64,000 nucleotides of DNA from Vicugna vicugna (taxonomy: Eukaryota), in NCBI GenBank assembly GCA_013265495.1, contig MU057999.1:310001-374000 (forward strand), read 5' to 3'. Below the pieces are notes generated by a model, which did not search any database, was not told the origin of the DNA, and saw nothing but the letters and a program-made list of their open reading frames with translations. Shown piece after piece: positions 37,098-49,874 of the stretch (the stretch's first letter is position 1; the number at the start of each line of letters is the position of its first letter). Made by a program: the position numbers and the translations under genes.

Positions 37098-38789
37098 ACG
37101 ATGTATTCTTGAAAAATTTCTTCTTCTCCTGCCTCTCCTCCTCCTCTCCCCGCCCCTTCCCACCTCCTCCTCCTCCCTCTCCTTCTTTGAATGGTGCTGT
37201 TAGGTGTACCTGCTATGGATTCATCAGCCAAAGAAAGAAAAGTCATTTTTTCCCCTCCCTATTTGAGAGGATCTTTAAGCTCCTGGTATCTTTAAATGCC
37301 TAAGGTCAGCCTGGCTCACCTGAACCCCAGAAGAGATACCAGCCCTGTGTTCTCAGGAGCTTGGTTAGAGAAGCTAAATTGGATGAATTGGGAGTGGAGG
37401 CGGGGGCTAGGTTAGGACTTCCAGGGAATGAGGGATGTAACCAGTTGCCGAGAAAACCTCACTGCGGCTGGAAATGGGGAGAGTTTCAGGTTTTGTGAGG
37501 AGGCTGGATGTCTGTGGACACTGCATGGTGGCTCTAGTTGCCACAGGGTCCCCTGTAACTGAGCCCTGTCTGTAACAATGGCCCTGGGAGGGCCATTTCA
37601 GAGTTCTCCCTGGAGCATTAGTGCTGGTCCAAATCTGCATGGCAGGAGTAACACTGAAAACCCTCCCATGGGTCTTCTATGACCAGAAGCTCATCTTTCC
37701 CCATTGTTCTGGACTAGACAAGCCTGGGCTTCTGGTATGACCTGAGGAAAGGGGAAAGAGTCACCAAAAGTGACTGGTACAGGACTTTTTGCTGACCATT
37801 ATGAGTGGGTCTCAGAGCAAGGTTTGACTGAGAAAAATAAAGCTGTATGTCATCCTTGCAATTTGAGTCCTGCGAAGTAGTCCTTACCTGATAGGTATGA
37901 GTTTTTTAGACCTGGTCTCATTCTACACAGATTCTGTCCTTTCTCCAAAGCCTGTGGAGTTCCTTCCCTTACTCAATAGGATCCCTTCTCTTCAGCGTCT
38001 GTCACCATCCAATTCTATCGGGAAATACATGAGACCCTGCAGGACTCTGGGGGTTCCTCATTCTCCCTGGAGAAAATATCATCTTTGTCGGTGGTCAGTT
38101 TGCACTACTTAAAACCCCTGCTTAACGCAACGTCTGCATTTCCTCCAGGTAAGTGCTTGTCAGAGGAAAGTCAGAGTTCCCAAACTCTGTTCTGTGTTAC
38201 AATGGCTTGATAAGAGGCTTACAGTTGCTCCACCAAACTTTGTAAGTTTAGGAAACATGGCATAGCAATGCCTGCTTTTGGAGAATCAAAGGTACATTAA
38301 TATAGTGAAGACTGTGAGAAGTCCAGGTGAACTTTACTTAACTCAATAACTTCTGTACTGATCAACTGCAGGATGCTTTCTCACAGTGCACCTTGTGGCA
38401 TCACCAGTTCTGCAGACCACGTTTGGGAAAGTGGTATAGTGGAAGACGCACTGGGCTTAGAATGAAAGGGGCTTTGTTCTAATCCGCCAGGTCCCCTCGA
38501 TGGGGTCACTGTGCTTCCCGGGAGCAGCCGCCTGCAATTTGCAAAATGAAATGGGCAGACTTGAATTTTTTATTCAGAACTGAAATTGAATCTGCCTTTT
38601 TATTTGACCACACTTAGAAGATTGGGACCCATGGGAGGAGCTGAGAGTTTATCCAGCAGTAAGGAGAAAACACTGAATAACAGTGAGGTAGATCTGGACT
38701 TTGACCCCAACTCCCTGACCCTCTCCAGCTCTGTGACCCCAGCCAAGTTATAGGTCCTTTATAAATGGAGTCAATAACACCAATTCTTA

Positions 38790-38905
38790 TATATTTATTT
38801 GGGGGTGTGTGTGATTAGATTTATTTATTAATGGAGATACTGGGGATTGAACCCAGCACCGCAGGTATGCTAAGCACACGCTCTACCGCTGAGCTATACC
38901 TTCCT
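38790..38905 (-). mobile_element. tRNA-derived SINE inserted in a MIR (about 38670-39010)
   Basis: atggagatactggggattgaaccc...ctctaccgctgagctatacc. Confidence 0.85.
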
Positions 38906-39779
38906 CACAGTAACACCCGTTCTGCAGCAGGGATTAGGAGAGGAGCACACGAGGCTGTGCATGCAAAGCACCCAACCGGTTGCCTGGTCCATAGGAAACA
39001 TGGCTGTGAAATCATCGTCCTAGTGATGATCCCACTGGAGGGAAGCTGGCGACACTCTTCGAGATTTAAACATAATTGATTGGAACCCCACCTTTGCTTC
39101 TACTCAGGTTCACACACCCCTACAAAGATTGCCCTTGTGTTCCTAGGATCTGCAGGCTCTGATTTCGTCCTACTCAGAATCCCCAGTGTCACCAGGGGCA
39201 CCCTCCACCCCTGCTCTCAGTTGTCCGAGCAGATCCAGACAGAACCAAGCCCTTTCCTCCATTTGCAGGATCGTGGAGGGCAGTGTTTATGTAATAAACT
39301 TTATTAAAGATAATGGGGTAAAAGGCAGTGGGGTTGAGGGCAGAACGAGAGGGGTTCTAGACCAGCACAGAATGGTCCAAGTCTTGAGACACCTCTGATC
39401 TTTACATGAGTCTCTCTCCCACCGTGGCCCAATTCTCACCAGTCACCCACTGGCTAGATGGTACCCCCTCCAAGGCTTTCCCGTTCGAGATGCCCTCTAA
39501 CTTCCCTGGATTTTGGCTTATTACCTTTGTAGAGGAGTTTAACTGTCTCTCTGTTTTAGATTCTCAGTTGTTGACCTTATGCATCCACCCAGGTGTTTTG
39601 TCAAACAAAGAGCTTTGTGCTCAGGAGGAATGCACGCCCTGGGGGGAAGATGCAGCTGCAGTCTTTTATGATCTTAAATATTAGCTTTCCGCCCTCTGTG
39701 CCACAATTATCATTATTACTGAAATACGCCTAGAGAGACAGGACAGTCAGACAAGCATGTCATGTGGTTCATTCTGGTG

Positions 39780-40740
39780 AAAATTTAGAGGATGGGCTAG
39801 AAGTGAAATGTAAGATCAGAGGCTGGGGAACCAGGCAGCAGGCCTTCCACATACACTAAGTGAGAGAGGGCTGGGCCTGAACAGAGCAGGACAGTGAGTA
39901 TGGGACCGGGGGGCCTGATGCGAGAGATATTTATGGGATAGGATCTGTAGGCTTGATGATAGTGAGTAAGGTTGTGGGGAGGAAGCAGAGGCCAAGGATG
40001 AATCCCAAGGGTTTGCATTTGGGAACAGGTGATGGTGATGCCACTGTGGACAGAGGATAACAGCAATATTAATGCTAACCTCCCTTACCATCCTTTCCTC
40101 CTGCTCCCACTAATGATCAGGGCCATTTATTGAGCACAGACAGCATGACAAGGCACTCTGATGTGTGCTTGACACACATCGCGATTCATGAGACCATTTA
40201 ATCCTAGAAGGAATCCATTATCATCCCATTTTATTATTCAATAAGCATCCCATGAGAATGCAGTAACTTTCCCAAAGTTTCACAGACAGCAAAAAGCACT
40301 TGGAACAATTTCGGGTTGTGACATAGTGATTTTGGTTTGGGACACGCCGAGTTAGAGGTTCCTGTGGAACGTCCTGGCAGAAATGTCCCACCAGCAGATG
40401 GAAATGTCGGTCTGAGCTCCGCTGAAAAACTGAGCTAGAGATATGGCCATCCATCCAGAGGTGGCAGGAGAGGCCAGGGTGATTAGTCTGAAATGAATCA
40501 GGGAAGCATGTGTAGAGCGAGGGGAAAAGAGAGGTGAGATGATGCTGAGCGCATCACCGTAAGGGACAAGAGGGGAAGAGAAGCTACAGAAAAGGACTGA
40601 GCAGAGAGTGAGGAGAAGCAGCCGAGTGTAGTCCAGTAAAAGCTGTGTATCACATCTGCGAAACACTGCCAGGGGAGCCAAGATCTGAGGGATGCCCGAC
40701 GCATCTGTCAACCAAGGGGGAGAGAGGGTGTGAGACGGAA
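39780..40740 (-). mobile_element. L2 fragments split by a MIR (about 40110-40310)
   Basis: ccaaggatgaatcccaagggtttg; aaatgtcccaccagcagatggaaat; catttattgagcac. Confidence 0.65.
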
Positions 40741-41571
40741 GGATCTGGGAACAAAGTCTCCAAGAGGAGGACACAGACTTAGAGATAAGTACCTAGAAAA
40801 TCAAGCACAGCAGGAAAAGGACAATTATTAAATCCAAGGAAAATGAAAAGTTGTTCAAGAAAGCAAAGGCAATTAAAGTATACTTTGGGGCTCACCTGTG
40901 ACTACTATTTATATTATCAAAATAACATAAATCGTAAATACTGATGGCAGGAGAGAAAGTTCGTATGCACGAGAGTCTTTTAAAAAAACAAAATCTTCTA
41001 TCTCCCATACTTGGCAATCGGTAAATAATGCCTAAAAATCAAGAAGCAGCAATGAAATTGCATTCTTAGCACTATGGAGGAAAATATTTTAAAACATGAG
41101 TTAAGGGAGTCAAGTGAGAATGGGAGTAGGGGCAGGACTGGGGACCAGAAGACTGTTTTTCTAATGTTGTAGGGAATTATTTGACTTTTACAATAATATG
41201 TATGTATAACTTTGATTTTAAAAAATTAAGTCAAAAGATTGGAAGGGGATATCGAAGGGGACACCATCATTTGGAACATGAGGAAGGGGATCCTGCCCGC
41301 CCCGTGGACTGAGCAGCCTGGAAGCTACATTAACTCAGGAAAAACCCACGTAGCTCACGAGACAGGCTAAAACATGAAGTCTTAATTTGTGGCAGACTAA
41401 TGGCTGAGACATCAAATAGCAGATTCATGCCCTGCAACCACCACAACAAGCCTGCGAGCAACGAGCATGGCAGACGCCTTAGCTTATCATTTCAAAGAGG
41501 TTCTATTCTCTAGTGGATGGAGACAAAACAGTCTGGAAAGTTTGTATAAACTCGGAGAACTGGTTTTCCCC

Positions 41572-41574
<3 letters not shown>

Positions 41575-41612
<38 letters not shown>
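41575..41612. repeat. (GT)n microsatellite
   Basis: Read directly. Confidence 0.95.
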
Positions 41613-41615
<3 letters not shown>

Positions 41616-42384
41616 TACATATTTCTTCCATCTCCATAAAAAGAGCTTTGTGCTGGAGGAGGACTGAGACGGGAGACAGAGCTACAGAGCTAGAGCAAGG
41701 GAGATAAGCGGTGGAACTGTTTTCCTCACAGCGGGATTCTGATGTGGGAGGGTGGGAGGGGGGAAGCATTGCCCTGGGGACCACAGAGAAGGAAAGGCTT
41801 GTGGGCTCAGTGTCCAAGCTGCAGTTGCCCAGATGGGTCTTGCACTGAGGGAAGCCAGAGGAATGGCAGCACATTTAGATGTGAATGGATCCCTGTGTTT
41901 TGCAGGCCCAAGAGTGGCGTGGAGGCTTCTGTGAGCTTGTAGTGAGATACAAGCTGGCCTGGCTGGGATGAGCTTGGCGTGTCCCAGGAGGCAGAGAGAC
42001 AGGCCTGACCCTTAGCACTGAGGGAAGGGTGAGGTGGGGCTTCGTGGGATGGGGCAGGATGTGCCACTGACCACAGCTGTCACACCATCATTTCTGAGAG
42101 AGCACCAGAGACCACAGGACATTAGTAGCTGACAACAGCCTGGGTCCCGGAAGCATAGGAGACCAAAAATGGATGTTTCTCCCTCTGCATGGTGAGTGAT
42201 GAGAGAAGTTCTCAGATTATGCTGGACCAGGCAGCAGTGAAGAGGAAGAGAAAATAATCTCTGGGTTCCAACTGGATAACCATCCCAAATGTGGCTAAGC
42301 AGTCCTGGACTAGGACGCATCCACCAGGATCAGCTTGTCCCTCAGAGGCCAGGCCAGAGTCACAGCATCAAAATAAGGCCAGTT

Positions 42385-42860
42385 TGCATAAAAAAGAACA
42401 AAATACCGCCATTTGCATCAACATAGATGGACCTGGAGATCGTCATTCTAAGTGAAGTAAGCCAGAAAGAGAAAGAAAAACACCGTATAATATCACTCAT
42501 ATGTGGAATCTAAAAAAAAAAAAAAAAAAATTGAACTTAATGAACTTATTTACAAAACAGGAACAGACTCACAGACATAGAAAACAAACTTATGGTTACC
42601 AGGGGGAAAGGGGATAGGAAGGGATAAATTGGGAATTCGAGATTTGCAAATACCAGCTACTATATATAAAATAAATAAACAACAAATTTTCTCTGTATAG
42701 CACAGGGAATTATATTTAATATCTTGTAGTAACTTATAATGAAAAAGAATATGAAAAAGAACACACGTATGTATATGTATGATTGAAACATTATGCTGAA
42801 CACCAGAAATTGACACATTGTAAACTGACTATATTTCAATTAAAAAATGAAGAAAAAAAA
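42385..42860 (+). mobile_element. L1 3' end (camelid-type)
   Basis: Same 3' UTR as 19560-20020; TSD aaaataaggccagtt / aaaataagaacagtt. Confidence 0.9.
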
Positions 42861-43874
42861 TAAGAACAGTTCAAGGAATTAATAAGGTTCTATTTTACAC
42901 AACTGAGTTTTGTGAATGGCCATAACTGGCTATTATTTTCATTATGCTGTTAATATCCTTTGACTCGAGAGGCCACAGAGGCCCGAACACCTAGCTGTCC
43001 TCACAGTTTAAGAGCTGTTGTTTATTACGAGCATATTAAGGGCCAAGTGCTTTACCCCCAAACCTCATTTAATCCTCATAGATCCAAGTGATGTAGCCCC
43101 CCTTTTTGCAGGGAGAGAAGCTGGGATTTAAACAGGTGGTGTAACTTGACCAAAGCCGGCGGTAAATGGCAAAGCTCGAATTCAGGCTCTGTCTGTGCTG
43201 ATTCCAAAGCTAGAGCTGATGTTGAAGAATGACGTGTCCCAACTGGGCTTAGCCACAGAGCCTTGTTTCTAGAGAGCAGCCTGTGTCTGGACATCAGAGA
43301 GGGAGCAGACACATCCACTTCTGGGGGTCTGCCAGCCCTCCGGAAAAGTGTTGATGGGGCACGAATGATGGTCCGTGGTGTGGTAGGGCCGTCGGGTGGA
43401 AGCCCTGATGTGAGGTTTGGTGCTCCAGCCTGTTAACAGTAGCAGAGGCAAGTATAGAACAAGAACCCTGAAAGTCTTCAAGCTCGAGGTCTGCTCTTGC
43501 CTAAAGTGATTTTGAAATAATTGAGGAATTTCCTAACTTTGGAATGCACTCAGTACATTTCTGTGAGGTGAGGTGTTCAGTTCACGTTCTTTCAACTTGA
43601 GCCAAAGAGCTGTCAACTTGGATCACGAAAAGATTGTAACATTCAAAGCTCTCTGTTCTGGCAAGATTCATCAAGCCCTGTGCATTTCCCTATTAAATTC
43701 TTCCACATCTGTCGTCTCTCTTTCTTGGGTCCCCACAGTGGCTTACACCTTCATCACGTCCAGCCCACGCTCCTGCAATAGCTTCATCCATTCAGCAGGC
43801 GTGGACTGAACATTACCCCGGGTCAGGCAGCAGGCTCAGTGCTGGGGACCAGAGATGGAGAAAATGTGGTTCCT

Positions 43875-44220
43875 AAAGTACTATGTGCAGAATCGATAAA
43901 CAATAAGGTCCTACTGTATAGCACAGGGAACTACATTCAATACCTTATAATAGCCCATAATGAAAAAGAATATGAGAAGAAATATTTATATGTATAACTG
44001 AACCACTGTGCTGTACACCAGAAATTAACACAACATTGTAAATCAAAAAAATAAAATAGGAGGGTGGCTATAGCTCAGTGACAGAACACATGATTAACAT
44101 GCATGAGGTCCTGGGTTCAATCTCCAGTACCTCTGTTTTAAAAAAAAAAAAAAAGGAAACAGAAAAATAAAATAAAGTAATAAATATATTTCTTATATAA
44201 TCAGTTGTTCCAGAAAAAAA
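43875..44220 (+). mobile_element. L1 3' end with a tRNA-derived SINE (44059-44155) in its A tail
   Basis: ctactgtatagcacagggaactac...; SINE A and B boxes; outer TSD aaaatgtggttcc / aaaatgtattccc. Confidence 0.85.
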
Positions 44221-44249
44221 ATGTATTCCCTATCCTCAAGGAGCTCCCA

Positions 44250-44660
44250 GGCCCCCCTTCCACACTAGTAATAGAACTACTAGGCTGTCCAGCTGGGCTA
44301 CATTTCCCTACCTCCCCGGGGCTTAGGTGAGGCCATATGACCAAGTTCTTGACAAAGGTACATGAGGGAAGTGATGTGTGCCTCTTCCAGGTCCAGGGCA
44401 TCAGGTTCGCCCCCTCCATTTCTCTTCCCTCTTCCAGATTGGCTGGGTCTGGTGGTGACCAAGTTGCCAGCGTGCAGTTAATGACACTGACTCAGGGGAT
44501 AGCAGAGCAATGACTTAGGACTTGGGTCCTTGAATGATCATAAGGAACAGGTCTCACCTCATAACTGTTACATAGGAGAGAAAAATAAACATCCGCATAA
44601 TTTAAGCCACCATATTTTGGGAGGTTTTTTTAAATAGACATTTACCTTTACTCTAACCAT
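44250..44660 (+). mobile_element. MaLR LTR (MLT1-like)
   Basis: gctacatttccctacctcc...ggccatatgaccaagttct...aataaac...tttaagccac. Confidence 0.65.
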
Positions 44661-44775
44661 AACAAGAATTTTTTTTTTAAAGAGTAGCCCAAAGTATTCC
44701 TGGTGCTACAAAAAAAGTGTGAACGTCAGTTCGGATCGGGTAGAAAGGAGGAAAATAGAGGAAAGAGGAGGCTGC

Positions 44776-44789
44776 CCAGTAGAGGGCGC
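44776..44789 (+). promoter_or_regulatory. Candidate CTCF motif CCAGTAGAGGGCGC
   Basis: Near-consensus CTCF core that retains its CpG; motif evidence only. Confidence 0.55.
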
Positions 44790-45148
44790 CCTTGCACTGC
44801 CTCCTGAAAGATGAGTGTTCTCAGAAAAGTCGACTCACATGTCTCATCTACCCTTTGTTCTTCTGCTTCGCTGTTTTTGTCCAGGTTACTTCTTTCAGAT
44901 ATAGTCTCTCTCATCCCTACTCTCCACCCAGGTTTCAAGACTCACATTCAATCTCATTTTCTCCAAGGAAGACTTTCTTGACCTGTTCCCCAGGAGTGAT
45001 ATCTCCATCTTCCAAAGTCCTATGACACTTAGTCTTTATTAATTATGTCTATCTCTACCTGCATCTAGCCCTTTTAGGTAGCCTTCCCACCACCTGGCAC
45101 ACTGCCTAGACTTGTTCTGGGTTCCCTAAGGGTCTCAGTGTACCCTAC

Positions 45149-45685
45149 ATGTCAATTGCTTTTGTAACACATTTGCCTCAAAACTTAGTGGATTAAAATA
45201 ACAATTTATTTTTATTGTTCACAGTTCTGGGGTTTGGCTGGGCTCAGCTGGATGGTTCTCACTTAGGACCTTGAATGCTGTTGCATTCAGATAACAACCA
45301 GGGCTAAAATCAGCTGAAGGCTTGACTCAGTGTGTGTCGTTCAGGATGGTTCACTTCTGTAACTAGCAGTTGATGCTACTGTCGGCTGGGAGCTCAGCAG
45401 GTCCTGGTAAGCAGAGAGCCTACATTTGGCCTCTCCATGTGACTTGGCTCTCGCATAATTATAGCTGGATTCCAAGAACGAATACCCAAGAGGATCTTGC
45501 AAGAGCCTTGTGACTTAGCCTCAAAAGACCCAGCGTATCACTTCCACCACATTCTTTTGGTCAAGCAAGTCACTCAAGCCAGACCAGGCAGGGGAATTAG
45601 ACTCCACTTCTTGATGTGAGGAGCAGCAGGTGCAGCAGGCAGATGAGGAATTAATGACAGCCATCTTTGGAGACTATCTCACACC
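45149..45685 (-). mobile_element. MaLR LTR (MLT1-like)
   Basis: aaaacttagtggattaaaataacaattt...gggctcagctggatggttct...agactccacttcttgatg. Confidence 0.8.
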
Positions 45686-46229
45686 TTGTAAGCATGGGAT
45701 CCGGAGTGATGGTCGCTCCCCAGTCAGAACAAGTGACCATCCTGCATTTCTTCATTTACAGTTCGGAGCCTCAGGGAGATGGTGCTTCCCTTCCCCCCAA
45801 GTCAATGAGAAGGAGTCAGTGTGATTCTGGCATTAACCTGGAAATGGGAGAGGCTTTCAAATGCCAAGCTGGCCACAAAATCTGGATGGCTCAGTGCTGT
45901 GAGCCGAGAGGTTGCCAGGAGAGAATGGAAGAAATCATGGAGAGCAAACGTCTCTGGGGAATCAGGGATAAAGTGTCTGTTCATCTGTGTTTCTTCTGAA
46001 AGTCACTCATCACCCACCCTTGCCCACTAACATGGGGGTTAAGGACAAGGACTGGAGCAGAGCTAAAACTGGGAAGGGCTGTGTGAGGTTAAACTTGGAG
46101 GAAGGTTTTTTCTTATCCTAAGAGGCTCAGCCCCTTAGCCACCCATTTGAGTCGAGTTTAGGCCTTCGGCTAAAGGAGGAGGGGACCATTCCCCACAACC
46201 TACCATCCGCCACATGGACCTTTGAACTC

Positions 46230-46691
46230 TGCCTTAATGAATAATGCCCTCCCCGCACAGCGTCCATATCCTACTCCCTAGAAGCTATGACTATGCTGTT
46301 ATGTGGCAAAGGGGAATTCAGCTTGCCGATGGCATCAAGGCTGCGAGTCAGCCGACTTTAAGATGAGGAGACTCTCCAGGGTTATCAGGCAGGCCCGGTG
46401 TAATCTGCAGTTCCTTAAACATGGAAGAGGGAGGCAGAGTCAGATAAGGAGATGTGGCAATGAAAGCAGAGGTCGGAGTAATGCGACTGCTGGCTTTGAA
46501 GGTGACAAGGGCCATGAATCAAGGCATGGGAGCCTCCAGGAAGAGACACAGCCTAGTGGACACCTTGATTTCAGCCCACAGAGACCCATTTATAACTTCT
46601 GAACTATGGAACTGTAAGACAGTAAATCTGTGTTGTTTAAAGCCACTAAGTCTGGTGCAAGTTGTTACAGCAGCAATAGGAAACTAATACA
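46230..46691 (+). mobile_element. MaLR LTR (MLT1-like)
   Basis: Ends gttgtttaaagccactaag...gttacagcagcaataggaaactaataca. Confidence 0.85.
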
Positions 46692-46728
46692 AACTCAAAG
46701 GACCTCAGTGATTAAAATGGCAATCCCT

Positions 46729-47310
46729 TGGGGGAGGGTATAGCTCGGTGGTAGAGTGGGTGCTTAGCATGCAAGAGGTCCTGAGTTCAATCCGCAGTAC
46801 CTCCATTAACAAATAAATAAACTTAATTATCCCCTCCAAAAGACCTGATGAAATAAAATTTATTTTAAAAAATAATAAATAAAAATAAGCCAGAAAGAGA
46901 AATAAAAAACCATATGATATCACTCATATGTAGAATCTAAAAAAAAGAAAAGAAAAGAAAAAAAGAGGGCACTAATGAACTCATTTACAAAACAGAAACA
47001 GACTTACAGACATAGTAAATAATTTAATGGTTACTGGGGGTAAGGGGGTGGGAAGGGATAAATTTGGGAGTTTGAGATTTGCAAAGGTTAACTACTATAC
47101 ATAAAAATAGATAAAAAACAAATTTTTTCTGTATAGCATGGGGAACTATATTCAATATCTTATAATAATCTTTAATGAGAAGAACATGAAAACAAATGTA
47201 TGTTATGTATATGCATGACTGGGGACATTGTACTGTGCACCAGAAATTGACATATTGTAACTGACTATATTTCAATTAAACAATAAAAATAAATAAGAAA
47301 TGAAATAAAA
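46729..47310 (+). mobile_element. tRNA-derived SINE (46729-46885) directly followed by an L1 3' end
   Basis: ggggagggtatagctcggtggtagag...; L1 resumes at taagccagaaagaga and ends in an A-rich tail. Confidence 0.9.
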
Positions 47311-47573
47311 CAGGAGTCCTGTCACTGGGGACAGGGCCCCCACCCCTACACCTCTTTTGACTAATAACATTCAACAGCAGGAAACCCTTGTCAGGACCAG
47401 TCAGGATTGCTGAGGTGAGGGGTGGTGAGGGAAGGGGCAGAAGCTGAGCGTAGCAGGCTGCTCTAGCCGAGAAACCTGGAAGAGGGGAGGGGATGTGAAA
47501 CAAGGGGTGATTTTAGCAGTTACTGTTGATCATTAGTCAGTGAAAATCTATGATATTCAACTCTATCATTCCT

Positions 47574-48153
47574 TGTATTAGTTATCTATTGCTGCATAAC
47601 AAATTATCCCTACATTTAATAGCTTAAAACAGCAAACATGTATTATCTCATAGCTTCTGTGGGTCAGGAAACTGGAAGAGGCCTAGCTGCATGGTTCTGG
47701 TTTGGAGTCACTCATGACATAGCAATCAACCTGCTGACTGGGGCTAAAGTCATTTGGGGCTGGAGGATCTACCTTCAAGCTCACTCACATGATGGTTGGC
47801 AGGGTAAGTTCCTACCGGCTCTTGACTGAATAACTCTGTTCCTCACCTAGTGAACTTTTTTCTCCTTAGATGATTTGAATGTCTCACAGTATAACAGCCT
47901 CCTCAGAGTGAGTAATGAGAGAGAGAGAGAGACAAAGAGAGAGTAAAGAGAGAGAGAGAGAAGAAAGAGACCGAGAGAACAAGATGGAAGCCAAAGTCTT
48001 TTATTATCTCATCTCAGAAGTGACATGCCACCACTTCTACAATGTGCTATTGGTCAAACAGACCAGCCCTGATACACTGTAGGAGGGGACTACACTAGAT
48101 GTGAATAGCAGGGGATGGGATCATGGGGACCATTGAGATCTCTGGTTACCACA
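47574..48153 (-). mobile_element. MaLR LTR (MLT1-like) with a (GA)n tract
   Basis: tgtattagttatctattgctgcataacaaatta...ttaccaca. Confidence 0.85.
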
Positions 48154-48159
48154 TTCCTT

Positions 48160-48900
48160 TGCATGTATTAGCTGGAAATCTATAATGGAAAATTCTCCTT
48201 CATCAACTATTCAGATACTCTAATAGACATTTTGTATGAAAGAAGCAAAATAAATTCTCTATTCTTCCCTTTTCTTTACCACTTTTTAAAATAGTGAGTA
48301 GGCTCCTTAGCATCCACTTATCTGACCAATAAATTATCTCTAATATCATTATGAACTCATGATTTTAAATGCTTATTCTGTTTCAATCAAGTACTCAAAT
48401 AAGGCATTATTTTCTCAGACATTTTTGTTTGTTTGTTAATTTTGATATCCAAATTGTTCCATCTTGGGTTAGTGGGAAGTCCTTCCTGTTTGCTGTTGTG
48501 TCCTTTTGGCATGAATCCAGTAGTCTCTGCTGGCTTCCTTGTTTTCTGGTATCACAGGATATTCCAGGCTCGTCTTGTACATTTCCTGCCCGAGAGCTTT
48601 CTCCAGAGAGCCCTGGTTCCTTTTAATTTTTTGGTTTATTCTTCCATTTTTTCCTTTTTAAAAAATATATAATCAAATATGTATGTATACACACGGCTAT
48701 ATTCCTCCTGCCTCTTTCTTAAAGTAAAGGTGGCATACATACACACTGTTCTCTGTGTTGCTTTCTTCACTTAAGGATATATCCTAGAGATCATTTCATA
48801 GCAGAATATATTGACATTTCTGATCATGTTTTACAGATACATAGTATTCCTTTGTGTGGATATACCCAGTCCCCTATTGAGAGATATTTGGATTGTTTCA
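48160..48900 (-). mobile_element. Old L1ME-like 3' end
   Basis: gttgtgtccttttggcatga; acatagtattcctttgtgtggatatac. Confidence 0.65.
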
Positions 48901-49874
48901 GCGACAGCATTTTAAAAGCAACAGTTATTTGAAAGATATGATCAGAGACTTAAATAATTAATGAAGTTTAAGTATTCAAATGAATGTATGTAACTCCAGG
49001 GTTTTATGTGATATAATCTTTTCCATAATTCTTCAAATATAAGGGGGAAAGGATCCCAAGCTGATCCTATTTTTCAGCTAGGGAAATTCACGTGTAAAGA
49101 GTGAATTCCTTTAGATATCTTCGATTTTATTTACCCCTATATCTCATATCTACTTTTACAATGAAATTTGTGTTGGCGACTGGAAAGATATATTAGCATT
49201 CTTTATTATATTAACAGTAAGCCATTTCTCCACCTTCAATTAAAAGAAAAAAAATCAAAGTGAATTTTGGTTTTTCGTAATGAACTCCCTGGCCCCCACA
49301 CACCTCTTGGACCCATCTCCACCACAGAAGATTTTGCTAAGGGCTTCTCACGCAACCTTCTCAAGTTAGAGACCTGAACATACATGATGATGCAAATCAT
49401 GATATTGACTTATGACACAAACACCCAGATCTAATATAGACAACTTGAGAAAAAGAGCCTCACAAATCCTGATTTAAAGACATCTACCCTAACCCTCTAT
49501 CCCCTACACTGACTCTTAACCCTGTAGATGTTACACATAAAAAAAAACCAAAACCAAAAACAAAAAAAACAAGATTTGTAACAACTGGAGTTTATTCTGT
49601 CCCCCTAAAAGGGATCTGATAGAAAAGATGTTGACCAGATGGATCATTCCTAATTCTGTTCATTCATCAAGAAACACCAGGGATGGAAGGAGAGGCTGAA
49701 GAAAATTCCTATCCCCAGGCCCATTCTCAGACCTCACATTCCTCAAGATAATTTTGGTCAAACTTCTTATTTATTTATTTGGCTTAAGGAATAGTAGAAA
49801 GTCTTACAATTCCTACTTGTTGGGAGAAGAAATGGTATAGATCTAAAATAAGTTTCATTTGGATTAAAGATTTA

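Noticed and set aside
40390..40470. CTCF-like CCAGCAGATGG and CCAGAGGTGGCAG
   Set aside because: Partial matches inside an L2 fragment, weaker than the two reported sites.
49380..49475. Possible C/D-box snoRNA (ATGATGA ... CTGA)
   Set aside because: Intergenic, no terminal stem or recognisable guide sequence; the motifs are too short to be meaningful.
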